This document shows, piece by piece, positions 18,322 through 27,800 of a DNA stretch of 64,000 nucleotides. Positions within the stretch are counted from its first letter, which is position 1. Every line of letters starts with the position of its first letter. Both the position numbers and the translations under genes were made by a program. The stretch comes from Candidatus Krumholzibacteriota bacterium. Its GTDB lineage: Bacteria; Krumholzibacteriota; Krumholzibacteriia; JAJRXK01. The notes under the pieces are model-generated. The model did not search any database. It was not told the origin of the DNA and was given only the letters and a program-made list of their open reading frames with translations. The stretch is taken from positions 256,001 to 320,000 of the forward strand of contig CAVXTH010000009.1 in the NCBI GenBank assembly GCA_963764625.1. Reading direction: 5' to 3'.

Positions 18322-18741
18322 ATGGCACAGCTCAAGGGCAGCAAAACCCATGAGAATTTGAAGGCCGCGTTCGCGGGCGAGTCCCAGGCCAACCGGCGCT
18401 ATCTTTGGATGGCGAAGGTCGCCGATGTCGAGGGCTATCCCGAGGTCGCGGGAAACTTCCGGGACACCGCCGAGGGCGAGACCGGTCATGCCCACGGGCA
18501 TCTCGACTACCTCAAGCCGGTCGGAGACCCCGCAACCGATGCCCCCATTGGAGACACGGTGGACAACTTGAAATCGGCCATCGCCGGCGAGACCCACGAG
18601 TACACCGAGATGTACCCCAGCATGGCGAAGACGGCGCACGAAGAGGGTTTCAAAGAAATCGCGGATTGGTTCGAGACCCTCGCCAAGGCGGAAAAATCGC
18701 ACGCGGGGCGATTCGACAAGATGCTCAAGAGCATCGGCTGA
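18322..18741 (+). CDS. rbr: Rubrerythrin, short form lacking the rubredoxin domain
   Basis: NLKAAFAGESQANRRY, ETGHA, GETHEYTEMYP, AEKSHA diiron motifs. Confidence 0.95.
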   Translation: MAQLKGSKTHENLKAAFAGESQANRRYLWMAKVADVEGYPEVAGNFRDTAEGETGHAHGHLDYLKPVGDPATDAPIGDTVDNLKSAIAGETHEYTEMYPSMAKTAHEEGFKEIADWFETLAKAEKSHAGRFDKMLKSIG

Positions 18742-18761
18742 CGATCAGAGTGAATTCGCAA

Positions 18762-18797
18762 GGGCGGAGCCGAAATCAACTCGTTTCGGCTCCGCTC
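18762..18797 (+). other. Intercistronic stem-loop (mRNA stabiliser or partial terminator)
   Basis: GGGCGGAGCCGAAA-tcaactcg-TTTCGGCTCCGCTC with no U-tract. Confidence 0.55.
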
Positions 18798-18819
18798 GTC
18801 TCAGAAAGGGAACGAATCG

Positions 18820-20181
18820 ATGGGCGATGCAGCCGGTCCGGTCTCCTATCAACCCACCGAGGGGCTATGCTACGATCCCTCCGATCCGCGGTACTGGGAT
18901 GAAAACGGCCTGAAGGCCGAAGTGACACGCACCTTCGAGATTTGCCACGGCTGCCGGCTTTGCTTCAAGTACTGTGACGCCTTTCCGCGCCTTTTCGAAC
19001 TGATCGACAAGAGCTATGACGGCGACGTCCTGGGTCTCACCGAAAACGATACCCAAGGCGTCATGGACGACTGTTTCCAGTGCAAGCTCTGCGAAGTGCA
19101 GTGCCCGTATACGGTGCGGGACAAGCACGAATACCAGCTCGATTTTCCCAAGCTCGTCCACCGTTACAAGGCGCAGAGGGCGCGCAAGCGAGGGCTATCG
19201 CTCTCCGACAAGGTGCTGTCCCAACCCGATCGGGCGGGCAGCATGGCCAGAGCCAGTTTCGGACTGGCCAACGTCATGAACCGGGTGGGCCTGCATCGCT
19301 GGTTCATGGAGAAGGTCTTGGGAGTCGATCGCCGCAAGCTGCTTCCCGATTTTGCCGCGCGCACCTTTGAGTCCTGGGCGAAGTCGAAAGGTCTGACCGC
19401 AAAGCCGCCCGGAGGCGAGGCGGTTCTTTTCCAGACTTGCTTCGTGCAGAACAACGAACCGGACATCGGGCAGGACACGGTCGCGGTTTTCCAGCGCAAT
19501 CAGGTCGATCTTCGCTGCGTGGAGGGCTTGCAGTGCTGTGGCATGCCGGCCTGGGAGCGGGGCGACCTCGAGTCGGTGAGAAAGCAGGCGCACGCGAATC
19601 TGGACCTCCTTTTGCCGTACGTGGAAAAAGGAGCGAGAGTCATCGCGATCAATCCCACCTGTTCCATGATGATGCGGCGCGACTACCCCGAGCTGCTCGA
19701 GGGCAGCGACCGCCAGCGCGCCGAGAAGCTGGCCGAGGCTGTCATGGATCCCAGCGAGTATCTGTGGAGCCTGCGCGATCAAGAGCGTTTCAACACGGAC
19801 TTCCGCTCCAGCCCGGGGGAGAGCGTGGCCTACCACGCGCCCTGCCACCTCCGCGCGCAGGGGGTAGGCTTCAAGGGACGCGACCTGCTACGGATGATCC
19901 CTGGGGTCAAACCGACCACCACCATGGAGTGCTGCGGACACGACGGCACCTTCGCGATGACCACCCACGGCTTCGAGCCCTCGAAACGGATTGGCCAGCG
20001 CGCGTTCGATGGGGTTCAGGACGGCTCGGCCGAAGTGTGGAGCACGGATTGTCCACTGGCCGCCATCCAGTTTGCGCAGCACGCGGGACGCAAGCCCATG
20101 CATCCCATGTCGATTCTGGCCCGCGCGTACGAAGAGAACGGTTTTCCTCGGCCGGTAAAGGATACGAACGATCAAGAGTGA
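18820..20181 (+). CDS. Rubrerythrin-associated Fe-S oxidoreductase (GlpC/HdrD-like, CCG domains)
   Basis: CHGCRLCFKYC, CFQCKLCEVQCP, two CCG motifs, YHAPCH. Confidence 0.92.
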   Translation: MGDAAGPVSYQPTEGLCYDPSDPRYWDENGLKAEVTRTFEICHGCRLCFKYCDAFPRLFELIDKSYDGDVLGLTENDTQGVMDDCFQCKLCEVQCPYTVRDKHEYQLDFPKLVHRYKAQRARKRGLSLSDKVLSQPDRAGSMARASFGLANVMNRVGLHRWFMEKVLGVDRRKLLPDFAARTFESWAKSKGLTAKPPGGEAVLFQTCFVQNNEPDIGQDTVAVFQRNQVDLRCVEGLQCCGMPAWERGDLESVRKQAHANLDLLLPYVEKGARVIAINPTCSMMMRRDYPELLEGSDRQRAEKLAEAVMDPSEYLWSLRDQERFNTDFRSSPGESVAYHAPCHLRAQGVGFKGRDLLRMIPGVKPTTTMECCGHDGTFAMTTHGFEPSKRIGQRAFDGVQDGSAEVWSTDCPLAAIQFAQHAGRKPMHPMSILARAYEENGFPRPVKDTNDQE

Positions 20182-20232
20182 GAGTGGATGGTGATCATCC
20201 ACTGCGAAAAGATAGAGCGAGGTATCGACGAA

Positions 20233-20790
20233 ATGCAAAAGGTACGGCGAGAGGAACTACTCGACTACCAGAGCTACGATGAAGTTCGAAACGAAGAGCG
20301 AGAACGAATCCTTCCGATCAAGGAGCCGCGACGCATCGCGCTGGGGGAGAACCTCGTCTTCCTCTTCGAGAACGCAGCCACCATTCGCTACCAAATCCAG
20401 GAGATGATGCGCGCCGAACAGATGGTCAAGGAGGCAGCCATTCGTGACGAGATGGAAACCTACAACTCTCTGCTCGGCGACGAAGGGCAGTTGGCCTGCG
20501 CGCTCCTGGTCACGATCGACGATCCGGTGGAGCGCCGGCAGAAACTGGAGCAGTGGCTCTCGCTTCCGGGCCACATCTACCTGAAACTCGAAGATGGAAG
20601 CAGAGTCTACGCCGAGTACGACCCTTCTCAGGTGGGCGAGGATCGGCTGAGTGCGGTGCAGTATCTGAAGTTTGACCTCGAAGGACGGCCTCCGGTGGCC
20701 ATCGGATCCGACTTGGATGCGCTCGAAGTGGAGGCCGCACTCCGCCCGGAGCAGGAGGCGGCACTGATGGAGGATTTGAAGGGGCGCTAG
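20233..20790 (+). CDS. DUF3501 family protein
   Basis: FENAATIRYQIQEMMRAE and SAVQYLKF motifs; usual third gene of rbr-FeS-DUF3501 clusters. Confidence 0.85.
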   Translation: MQKVRREELLDYQSYDEVRNEERERILPIKEPRRIALGENLVFLFENAATIRYQIQEMMRAEQMVKEAAIRDEMETYNSLLGDEGQLACALLVTIDDPVERRQKLEQWLSLPGHIYLKLEDGSRVYAEYDPSQVGEDRLSAVQYLKFDLEGRPPVAIGSDLDALEVEAALRPEQEAALMEDLKGR

Positions 20791-20812
20791 AGCGCGCCTT
20801 GGTTTCTTGGCC

Positions 20813-21841
20813 TCAGCGCGGACCGGCCCCTTCGGGTGGGGTGAAGACGAAAGGCGTCTTGAAACTCACGCTGCCCTTGGGAATGGGAGGAAAGCGCCAG
20901 GCGCGAATCTGCGTGAGCACGCAGTCGACGACCTCTGAGTCGTGGAGGTCGTTCTGCACGACCTCCGCCGCATCGACGCTGCCATCCGCCGCCACCACCA
21001 GACTCACGACCAGCTTTCCCCGCAGGCCAGGCCGCTTCTTGAGCTGATTGTCGTAGCAGAATTGGATGCCGGCCGCATAGCGACGCACTACGGCCAACAG
21101 GGAAGCATTGCTTCTGAGCTCTCCGCCGCCTCCCTGCGATCCGCCCTCGAAGCTCCCGCCTTCTGTGCCTTCCTCGCTGGCGCCGTCTCCGCCGAGCTCG
21201 GCGATCGAGGCGATGCTGATGCCATTGGATTGCAGCCCACCGCCGCCGACCTCTCCCGCTTCGGTGACCTCCACTCCGCTCACCGAAGCGAGCTGACCCA
21301 GGTCACGTCCCGATCGAACCCGATGCGAGCGCCGATGGTGGCTTCCGGTGGCGGCGGAATGCGACGCCGGCAGTGAGGTGCTCAACTGATCCAGGGCTTT
21401 GTCCAGAGTGCTTTGCACCCCTTTGAGGTTTTGCGTGATCTCCACGGTGGCCTTCTCGCGTCCCTTGCGTCCCGCCTGTGAATCAGCCTTTGGAACGATG
21501 GCGTGCCTCTGCACGCGCGGCTTGGGTGTGGGCACAGGTTGCACGGTCTTGACCGAAGCCGGGTTCTCCTTGGGCTCGTTCTGCAGTTTCGCCAGCTTCT
21601 CCAGGGCTCTGGGAGGTGATGGCGGCGCCTTGGGTTTTTCCAGGATGAGTTTGGCGAAGCGCTCGGGAACTTGCTCCAATTGAAGCTCCATTTCGGCCGG
21701 TTTGGGCACGATGAAAATCGCGACCAGAGTCAACAGACCCAGAATTCCCGCGCTGGTGAAGCAGTTCTTGAGCGCACGATCATAACGGCCCCAAACGGAC
21801 TGCCGATACGCAATGGGAATGCCGGCACCGATGCTGGCCAT
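20813..21841 (-). CDS. TonB/TolA-like energy transducer with AgmX/PglI (GltG-like) C-terminal domain
   Basis: One N-terminal TM, VPERFAKLIL, Pro/Lys-rich linker, C-terminal IQFCYDNQLKKRPGLRGKLVV...CVLTQIRAWRFP...PFVF. Confidence 0.85.
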   Translation of the reverse strand: MASIGAGIPIAYRQSVWGRYDRALKNCFTSAGILGLLTLVAIFIVPKPAEMELQLEQVPERFAKLILEKPKAPPSPPRALEKLAKLQNEPKENPASVKTVQPVPTPKPRVQRHAIVPKADSQAGRKGREKATVEITQNLKGVQSTLDKALDQLSTSLPASHSAATGSHHRRSHRVRSGRDLGQLASVSGVEVTEAGEVGGGGLQSNGISIASIAELGGDGASEEGTEGGSFEGGSQGGGGELRSNASLLAVVRRYAAGIQFCYDNQLKKRPGLRGKLVVSLVVAADGSVDAAEVVQNDLHDSEVVDCVLTQIRAWRFPPIPKGSVSFKTPFVFTPPEGAGPR

Positions 21842-21842
21842 C

Positions 21843-22337
21843 TCAGGAACTTCCTAGAACGGCGAGAGAGATGTTCTCGTAGCCGCTTGCATTGCAGGTG
21901 TACATGACTCTTTGCAGGATCTCGAACTGAATCGCCCGGTCCCCCTGGATGGAAATGCGGCCCTGAAAGTCGTCCGGCTTTTCTCCCCGCTGCCGGGCGA
22001 TCTGAAGGCTGTGCTTTCGCGCCTTCTCGAGGCGATCCGCGAGTGCCGGAATGAGCATGTCGCTGTGAGCAATCTCATGGCTCACCGAGGCCACTAGCTC
22101 CGAATCCACCATGATGTTGTCCTTGAAGATCGCGATGACGACCGCGGATTGCGGTGACGCCTCGCTGGTAGATTTGGGAAGGTCCACCCCCGGCACCGGG
22201 GTGACGACCTCTCCATCCACCACGAAGCTCTTGAGCAGAAAGAGCAAGAGCACGGTGAGAATGTCCATCATCGAGGTCATGCGCAGCGGAGCATGTCCAC
22301 TGCGGATCGGAATGAGTCGATGTCCTCTGCGTCGCAC
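21843..22337 (-). CDS. ExbD/TolR family protein (AglS-like)
   Basis: TM MTSMMDILTVLLLFLL, VDLPKSTS, IQGDRAIQF...VMYTC. Confidence 0.9.
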   Translation of the reverse strand: MRRRGHRLIPIRSGHAPLRMTSMMDILTVLLLFLLKSFVVDGEVVTPVPGVDLPKSTSEASPQSAVVIAIFKDNIMVDSELVASVSHEIAHSDMLIPALADRLEKARKHSLQIARQRGEKPDDFQGRISIQGDRAIQFEILQRVMYTCNASGYENISLAVLGSS

Positions 22338-22349
22338 GTTCAGACTCTC

Positions 22350-22811
22350 CTAGTGACCGGAATCTCCGAGAAGTGAAATCGCGCCCATCCCCGACCCGCG
22401 GGAAATATCCATGACTCTGACGATATCGTCGTAGCGAGTATTGGGCTGAGAGACGATGACGAGCTCCTCGTTCTCCGGATGGTCGTGTTTGATTCCCTCG
22501 AGGATCGAGCTCAGCTTCGTCTCGGCGTCCTCACTCTTGCGGGTCACGACGCGTCGAGACAGTTTGCGGCCCTGCACGACGTACTCGTCGTCGCGGATCC
22601 TGACCGACAGGTTCAGAGCATCCGCGGGGATCGAGGACACGTCCGCCTCGGCATCGTCGCTGGGAAGCTGCATGTCGATGGCGGACACTTTGAGGAATAC
22701 CGCCGAGATCAGGAGCATGGGTATGAGGGCGACGAAGAGATTCATGAGGGGCATGATCTCCAAATCGCTCTCGATGAGCTGGCGGTAACCTCGATGACTG
22801 CGCTTGCGCAT
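22350..22811 (-). CDS. ExbD/TolR family protein (AglQ-like; TM Asp replaced by Asn)
   Basis: LEIMPLMNLFVALIPMLL, IDMQLP, YDDIVRVMD. Confidence 0.88.
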   Translation of the reverse strand: MRKRSHRGYRQLIESDLEIMPLMNLFVALIPMLLISAVFLKVSAIDMQLPSDDAEADVSSIPADALNLSVRIRDDEYVVQGRKLSRRVVTRKSEDAETKLSSILEGIKHDHPENEELVIVSQPNTRYDDIVRVMDISRGSGMGAISLLGDSGH

Positions 22812-22821
22812 GGGTGGTCTC

Positions 22822-23460
22822 CTAGACAGGATTGCCGCCGCTCAAGCTGCGGATGATCCGGATGCTGGCCTCGTCGACGTTTTCGATGATCGCTTCGACC
22901 TTGCTCACCAGGAAGCCGTGGACGAGCAGGGTGGGAACCGCCACGATGAGACCGAATGCGGTGGTATTGAGCGCCTGGCTGATTCCGGCGGCCAAGAAGG
23001 CGCTTCGCTGCGAGGGATCGGCGGCGCCCACTGCGCTGAACGCAGTGGTCAAACCGAAAATGGTCCCCAGCAGCCCCAGGAGGGTGGCGGAGTTCGCCAG
23101 CATGTTGAGATAGGGAAGGCGTCGCGAAAGAGGAGGCAGCACCAGAGTGGCCGCTCCGTCGGCCGCATTCTGCAGCTTCTCTTCGCTGGGCACCGTCGTG
23201 CGATTGAGAATCGCGACGGCGACTTCACCCACCGGACCTTTTACCTTTTGCGCCAGCGCGATGGCCTTGGCGTATTCCCCCTTGGCCACCATGCGGATGA
23301 GGTCTCTCGTCAGCTTACCATTATTAACGGAAGCCGCGCGCCCGATGACCCAGAGACGCTCCAGAGTGAGCGCGAGGATCGTGACGCCGGTGAGAAGAAT
23401 GATGAACATGAAGGGTCCACCGTCCTGGAAAAACGCGGCAAACTTCGAAAAATACTGCAT
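22822..23460 (-). CDS. MotA/TolQ/ExbB proton-channel protein (AglR-like)
   Basis: GGPFM, TLLGLLGTIFGL, GISQALNTTAFGLIVAVP. Confidence 0.93.
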   Translation of the reverse strand: MQYFSKFAAFFQDGGPFMFIILLTGVTILALTLERLWVIGRAASVNNGKLTRDLIRMVAKGEYAKAIALAQKVKGPVGEVAVAILNRTTVPSEEKLQNAADGAATLVLPPLSRRLPYLNMLANSATLLGLLGTIFGLTTAFSAVGAADPSQRSAFLAAGISQALNTTAFGLIVAVPTLLVHGFLVSKVEAIIENVDEASIRIIRSLSGGNPV

Positions 23461-23535
23461 TGCCCAAGCTCCTTGGATACGAGCTCGACTCGTGGTCGAG
23501 TCGTGTTCTTTCTTTCGACCGTGCTCGGCGGTCGG

Positions 23536-23856
23536 CTACTTCTGCATTGGTGGATGCGCTAACAACGCTCGGAAGCGGTAGGGAAAGACGACCTGATGGC
23601 CGATCTCCAAGGCCGATTCCCGATAGCGCTCGCGGAGACCGTCCGAAAAGCGAGGATGGTCCCGCGAGGTGATGAAAAGAACCTGTGGAATGTCGATCTC
23701 CCCTTCGATCTTGATTTCCTCCAGGGTGCGCACGGCTTTCTTGACCTCGCTTTTCTCCTTCACTTGCGCGTTCACGCTCACGGGTGCCGTAAAGATGAGC
23801 GTGAAAACGGCTAGGGTGAACAAAGCGAGGAAGGGGTTGTTCCGATCAGTGCGCAC
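23536..23856 (-). CDS. Small secreted protein, GltF/CglF-like
   Basis: Signal peptide, then LEEIKIEGEIDIPQVLFITSR; sits right after the TPR pair, as gltF does after gltD-gltE. Confidence 0.55.
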   Translation of the reverse strand: MRTDRNNPFLALFTLAVFTLIFTAPVSVNAQVKEKSEVKKAVRTLEEIKIEGEIDIPQVLFITSRDHPRFSDGLRERYRESALEIGHQVVFPYRFRALLAHPPMQK

Positions 23857-24700
23857 GATCCACCCCTTGATGCGCGGCCAGCTCGATCCCGAACACCGCG
23901 CCGAGCTCGTCGGGATCGGAGCTGTCGAGTGTGGCGTAACGCTCGAACCACTCCCGTCCCTTTTGCTTGTCGTAGAAGTAGTAGGTGTCGACGATGGCGA
24001 GGTTGTACAACGCGCCGCTCAATTTCTGATCGAGCTCGAGGGCTTTCAGAAATGCGGCGCGCGCGCCTTCGGGATCTCCAGAGTAGAGCAGCGCGATTCC
24101 GTAGTCGTTCTGATTCGACGCGCTGTGAGGATTCGTCTTCAACGCCGCCTCGGCCAGCTCCAGCGAATCCTGGAACTTCTCGCTGCGCAGACTCACGTAG
24201 GTCGCAGCGCTGGTGAACATCGCCTTGGCATGAGAGGACTGCCGCAAGAGCTCTTGCGCGCGCTCGGACTTGCCGAGCGCGTCCAGATTGAGAGCCAGAG
24301 CGATGCGCAGAGCATCGACCTCAGGGCCCTCGCCGATGACGGCCGGCTCGAGAAGTTCAGCCGCCTCCTCGAACTCTCCCGCCTGGTATTGAAGCTTGGA
24401 GAGGAGAAGCAAGGCCGGCGGATAATCGGGACGCAGAGTCAGCGCGTGCTTAAGGGAAGTTCGCGCCTCTGCCGTCGAGTCGGTGGCGATCTGAATTTGC
24501 GCCGCACGATACGGCCAGTAGGGTTCCTGCGGCATGAGAGTCATCTGCTCACGGGTCCCGGCGAGCTCGTGCTGCCAATCCGCCATCGAGGGCGCGGGTG
24601 AGCTTTCGGGATCGTCGTGGAGGCGATCCCCCTTTCCGCAGGCATTCACCAGGGTCGAAAGGAGTATCAGGGTAAGAACTCCGAAGATCTTCGCGCGCAT
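23846..24700 (-). CDS. TPR lipoprotein (GltE/AglT-like)
   Basis: Lipobox LVNA-C, multiple TPRs, GALYNLAIVDTYY...FERY; start uncertain (ORF open to 24844). Confidence 0.8.
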   Translation of the reverse strand: MRAKIFGVLTLILLSTLVNACGKGDRLHDDPESSPAPSMADWQHELAGTREQMTLMPQEPYWPYRAAQIQIATDSTAEARTSLKHALTLRPDYPPALLLLSKLQYQAGEFEEAAELLEPAVIGEGPEVDALRIALALNLDALGKSERAQELLRQSSHAKAMFTSAATYVSLRSEKFQDSLELAEAALKTNPHSASNQNDYGIALLYSGDPEGARAAFLKALELDQKLSGALYNLAIVDTYYFYDKQKGREWFERYATLDSSDPDELGAVFGIELAAHQGVDRAH

Positions 24701-24853
24701 CGCCTCGGGATGGACGAAGCATTCTGCAAACTGCTCTCTCATCGGGCGCATGGGTCTTCTCAGAACTCCTCTTGGCTGCGCATCGAGGATCGCCGTACGC
24801 GCGGTCCGTACACCTGGAGGTGTGCGTGCAATCCGTGTTCCCATCGGCTCATC

Positions 24854-27800
24854 CTATTCGGAGCCGCGGGAAGGGGCGGCGGCGTTCACGAGAGGGTAGT
24901 CGACTGTTGGACGGTGGAGGAAGCGCTGTGCCACCCGGGGCCACAGAGTGTGACGTGTCTTGGCGAGCCAGCCTCCTTCGTCCTCACTGCCCAGGGGATT
25001 CTGGCGCAGCATTTCGTTCCACGCCTCTTCGCCTCGATCGTAGAAGCTCCAGCTCTGTTCCTTCAGTACTTCGTCGTACGAGAGCAGCTCATCCTCATTC
25101 AATCCCTGCGGGCGTTGGCTTTGCTGCAACGCGTCGCCGAACTCGATGAGAGCTTCTCCGATGCGATAGGCCGAGGCGTGGGTGTAGAGACGAATCTCGT
25201 ACTTGGTGCATTTCTGGTAGGCGCTCAAAAGCTCCTCGAGCTTGAGCTTTTTGGCGTCGATGGAAGCGGGCAGCGGTTGGGTGAGCTTCAAGGCCGAGTA
25301 TTCTTCATGAATGGCCTCCGCTTTCAAGAACTCCACCTGGGCCAGAATCGAGGGCTGCGCGCGGTCGGGATGGGACTCGGCCAGAGCCAGGTACGCGCTC
25401 AGATTCGAGGCGGTGGAGTCGGCCTGCGCGGTCTTGGCTGCGTCACCGCGGCCAGTGAGGAGAGTGGCCAGGGTGATTTCGCCCGCCGTCACTCGCTGAA
25501 GTTCGCGTTGCGCGCGCGCCTCGCGAATTTCCATGGCCGAGTCGAATTCACCCGGGTAACGGCGCAGAAATTCGTCATTCAGAGCCTCGGCTTTGGAGTG
25601 CTCTCCCGCTTGCTCCATCAACTCTGCCGCCTTCAGCAAAGCGTCAGTTCCATCAATATCTTGGGGAAACCGCCGGCTGAAGTTCGCGTATGCCAACGCC
25701 GCTTCCTGCTTTTCGCCGTGGCTCTCGTAGGCTTTGGCGATCTGCAGCGCCGCGTCTCGCGCCTGGTCGCTCTCGGGATGCTCCCGCAGCAATTCCCTGA
25801 ATGCGGAGACGGCCGGCTCGAGCTGATCCGTTTGCAGGTACCCCAATCCCCCCCGGTAGAGAGACTGATCGGCGTGCGCGAACTCGGGGAAGCGCTGCGC
25901 CAGCTCCACGAACAGAGGAGCCGCCTTGCCCTCACCCGCGCTCGAATCGCTGTGCGCCACGGATTCGGCGTTCTCGTAGTAGCACAGGGGGATGATGGGT
26001 CGCAGCCCGAGGGCCAGGGAATCCTGACCGGCAGCTACCGCGGCGGAGAGAGCGGTCTCGTAGGCCGTCGCCGCGTCCCGGAAGGCGCCGTCGCGATGCA
26101 GGGCGTCGCCTTGAAGCCGCAAGCTCAGCGGGACGCGTTCGTCGTCGGGCTGATACTCCGCCATCTCGCCGAAGCGACGCGCCGCCTCGCGGTTCCAGGC
26201 GTGACGGTACGCCAACTGTGCCTCACGCCAACGCAGCTCACCAGAGAGAGCGTCGTGCGGATAGCGCTGTAGGTACTCGTCGCCCAGAACCAGGACCTTT
26301 CTCGCCAGACTGTCCGCGCCCGCACTCGATGCGGCGGCGGTGGTATCGACCGAGCTCTGGTACCACTGGTCCGCCGTCGCCACGCACTGCCAGGCCGCGT
26401 CCTTCGCGAAAGCGGCGGTATCACCAGCTGCCACCGTGAAATAAGAGATGGCGCGGGCATAGCTCCCCAGGGCGGTAGCGGCTTCGCCCGCCTGGTAGGA
26501 AAGGCGCGCGCTCTCCGGTTGCGCCGGCCAGTGGGTCAGGAAGGTCTCGTAGGAGTCGAGCGCCCGCCGCCAGTCCTCAGAAGAGTCGGATTTCTTCGCA
26601 CGCTGGTGCCAGTAGACCGCTGCGTCACGGTAACTGGACTTGGCGAATTCCAATGCCTCCTCGCGCCGTGCCTCATCTTGATTGGCCAGGTACCACGTGC
26701 CGCCCTCCATGAAGAGTGGGGCCAGTTCGAGGCAGGTTCGCCGGCCTTCGTCGTTTCGGTTCCAGCGGCCGTAGCTGTCGACCATGCGCTTGGCCAGATC
26801 GAGGGCCGCGGATTTGCGCGGATAGCGGCTGAGAAAGAGCTTGTCGCAGGCGATGGACTCTTCGTACAGACTGTAGCTTTTCAAGAGCGCGCCCATCGTG
26901 GCCAGGATTCGCGATTCATACGGCCGGCTGCCCACTCCGTCGAAGAAGGACGCGAAGGTCTCAGCCCCCCCGCCACGCACCAGACTGTGTACGAGGTACT
27001 CTTCTGCCTCGTCCCTGAGATCGGTGCTGGACGCCAGGTCCTCGTGGGCGGAGTAGAGATCGAGCAGACTTCGGAAGCCGTCGGCCGCGTCGAGGAAGCG
27101 ATCCTGCTCGTAGTAAGCCCATCCCAATTTGTAGTAGGCGATCGCCGAGAGAGAAGCGTCCGTCCCCCCCGCGGCCTTGCGTAAAAGTGGGACCGCGGCG
27201 GCATAGTCCTTCGCGTTGAATCGTTCGTCACCCAGGCGGAGCCAAGCTTCCTGCGCGTATTGGGACTCAGGGTACTGTTGCACCAGACGCTGCAGTTGAG
27301 CCGAGCCCTCGGCCTGCCCGTCATCGCTGAGCACCATGCCCAGGGCGTAGAGCACCGCGTCGAGATGGGGGAAGTCGGTATCCTCCGCTAGAATCTTGCG
27401 GTAGAGCTCGACTACCGGCCCGTACTCGATGAACGGGGCCCAGCGGCGATCGTTCAACTGACGGTCGCTGGGCTTTTCCTTCAGGAAGCCCGCCATGCGG
27501 CCCTGGAACTTCTGGCGCGCGTCCAGGAGCTTCAGATCTGCCAGACGAAATCGGCATTCTCCTCGCGTGAAGCTGTCCGGATACTGCGTCAGAAAATCTT
27601 CGATTCTGCCGATGGCCTGTTCACGCGCAGTCTGCACGAGCTGGGTTTGCTCGTTCGTCTTGGGATCCGTCGCCACTTCGATCGCCTGCTCGAACGCGGC
27701 ATCGGCCAGGTGGTAGTCGAGCGACTCCCTCTCCTTGCTCAGCTTCTCTTGCCCGCGCCGCGCCACCCGAAGTGCGATCGCGGCTCGCACTTCGGACTGC

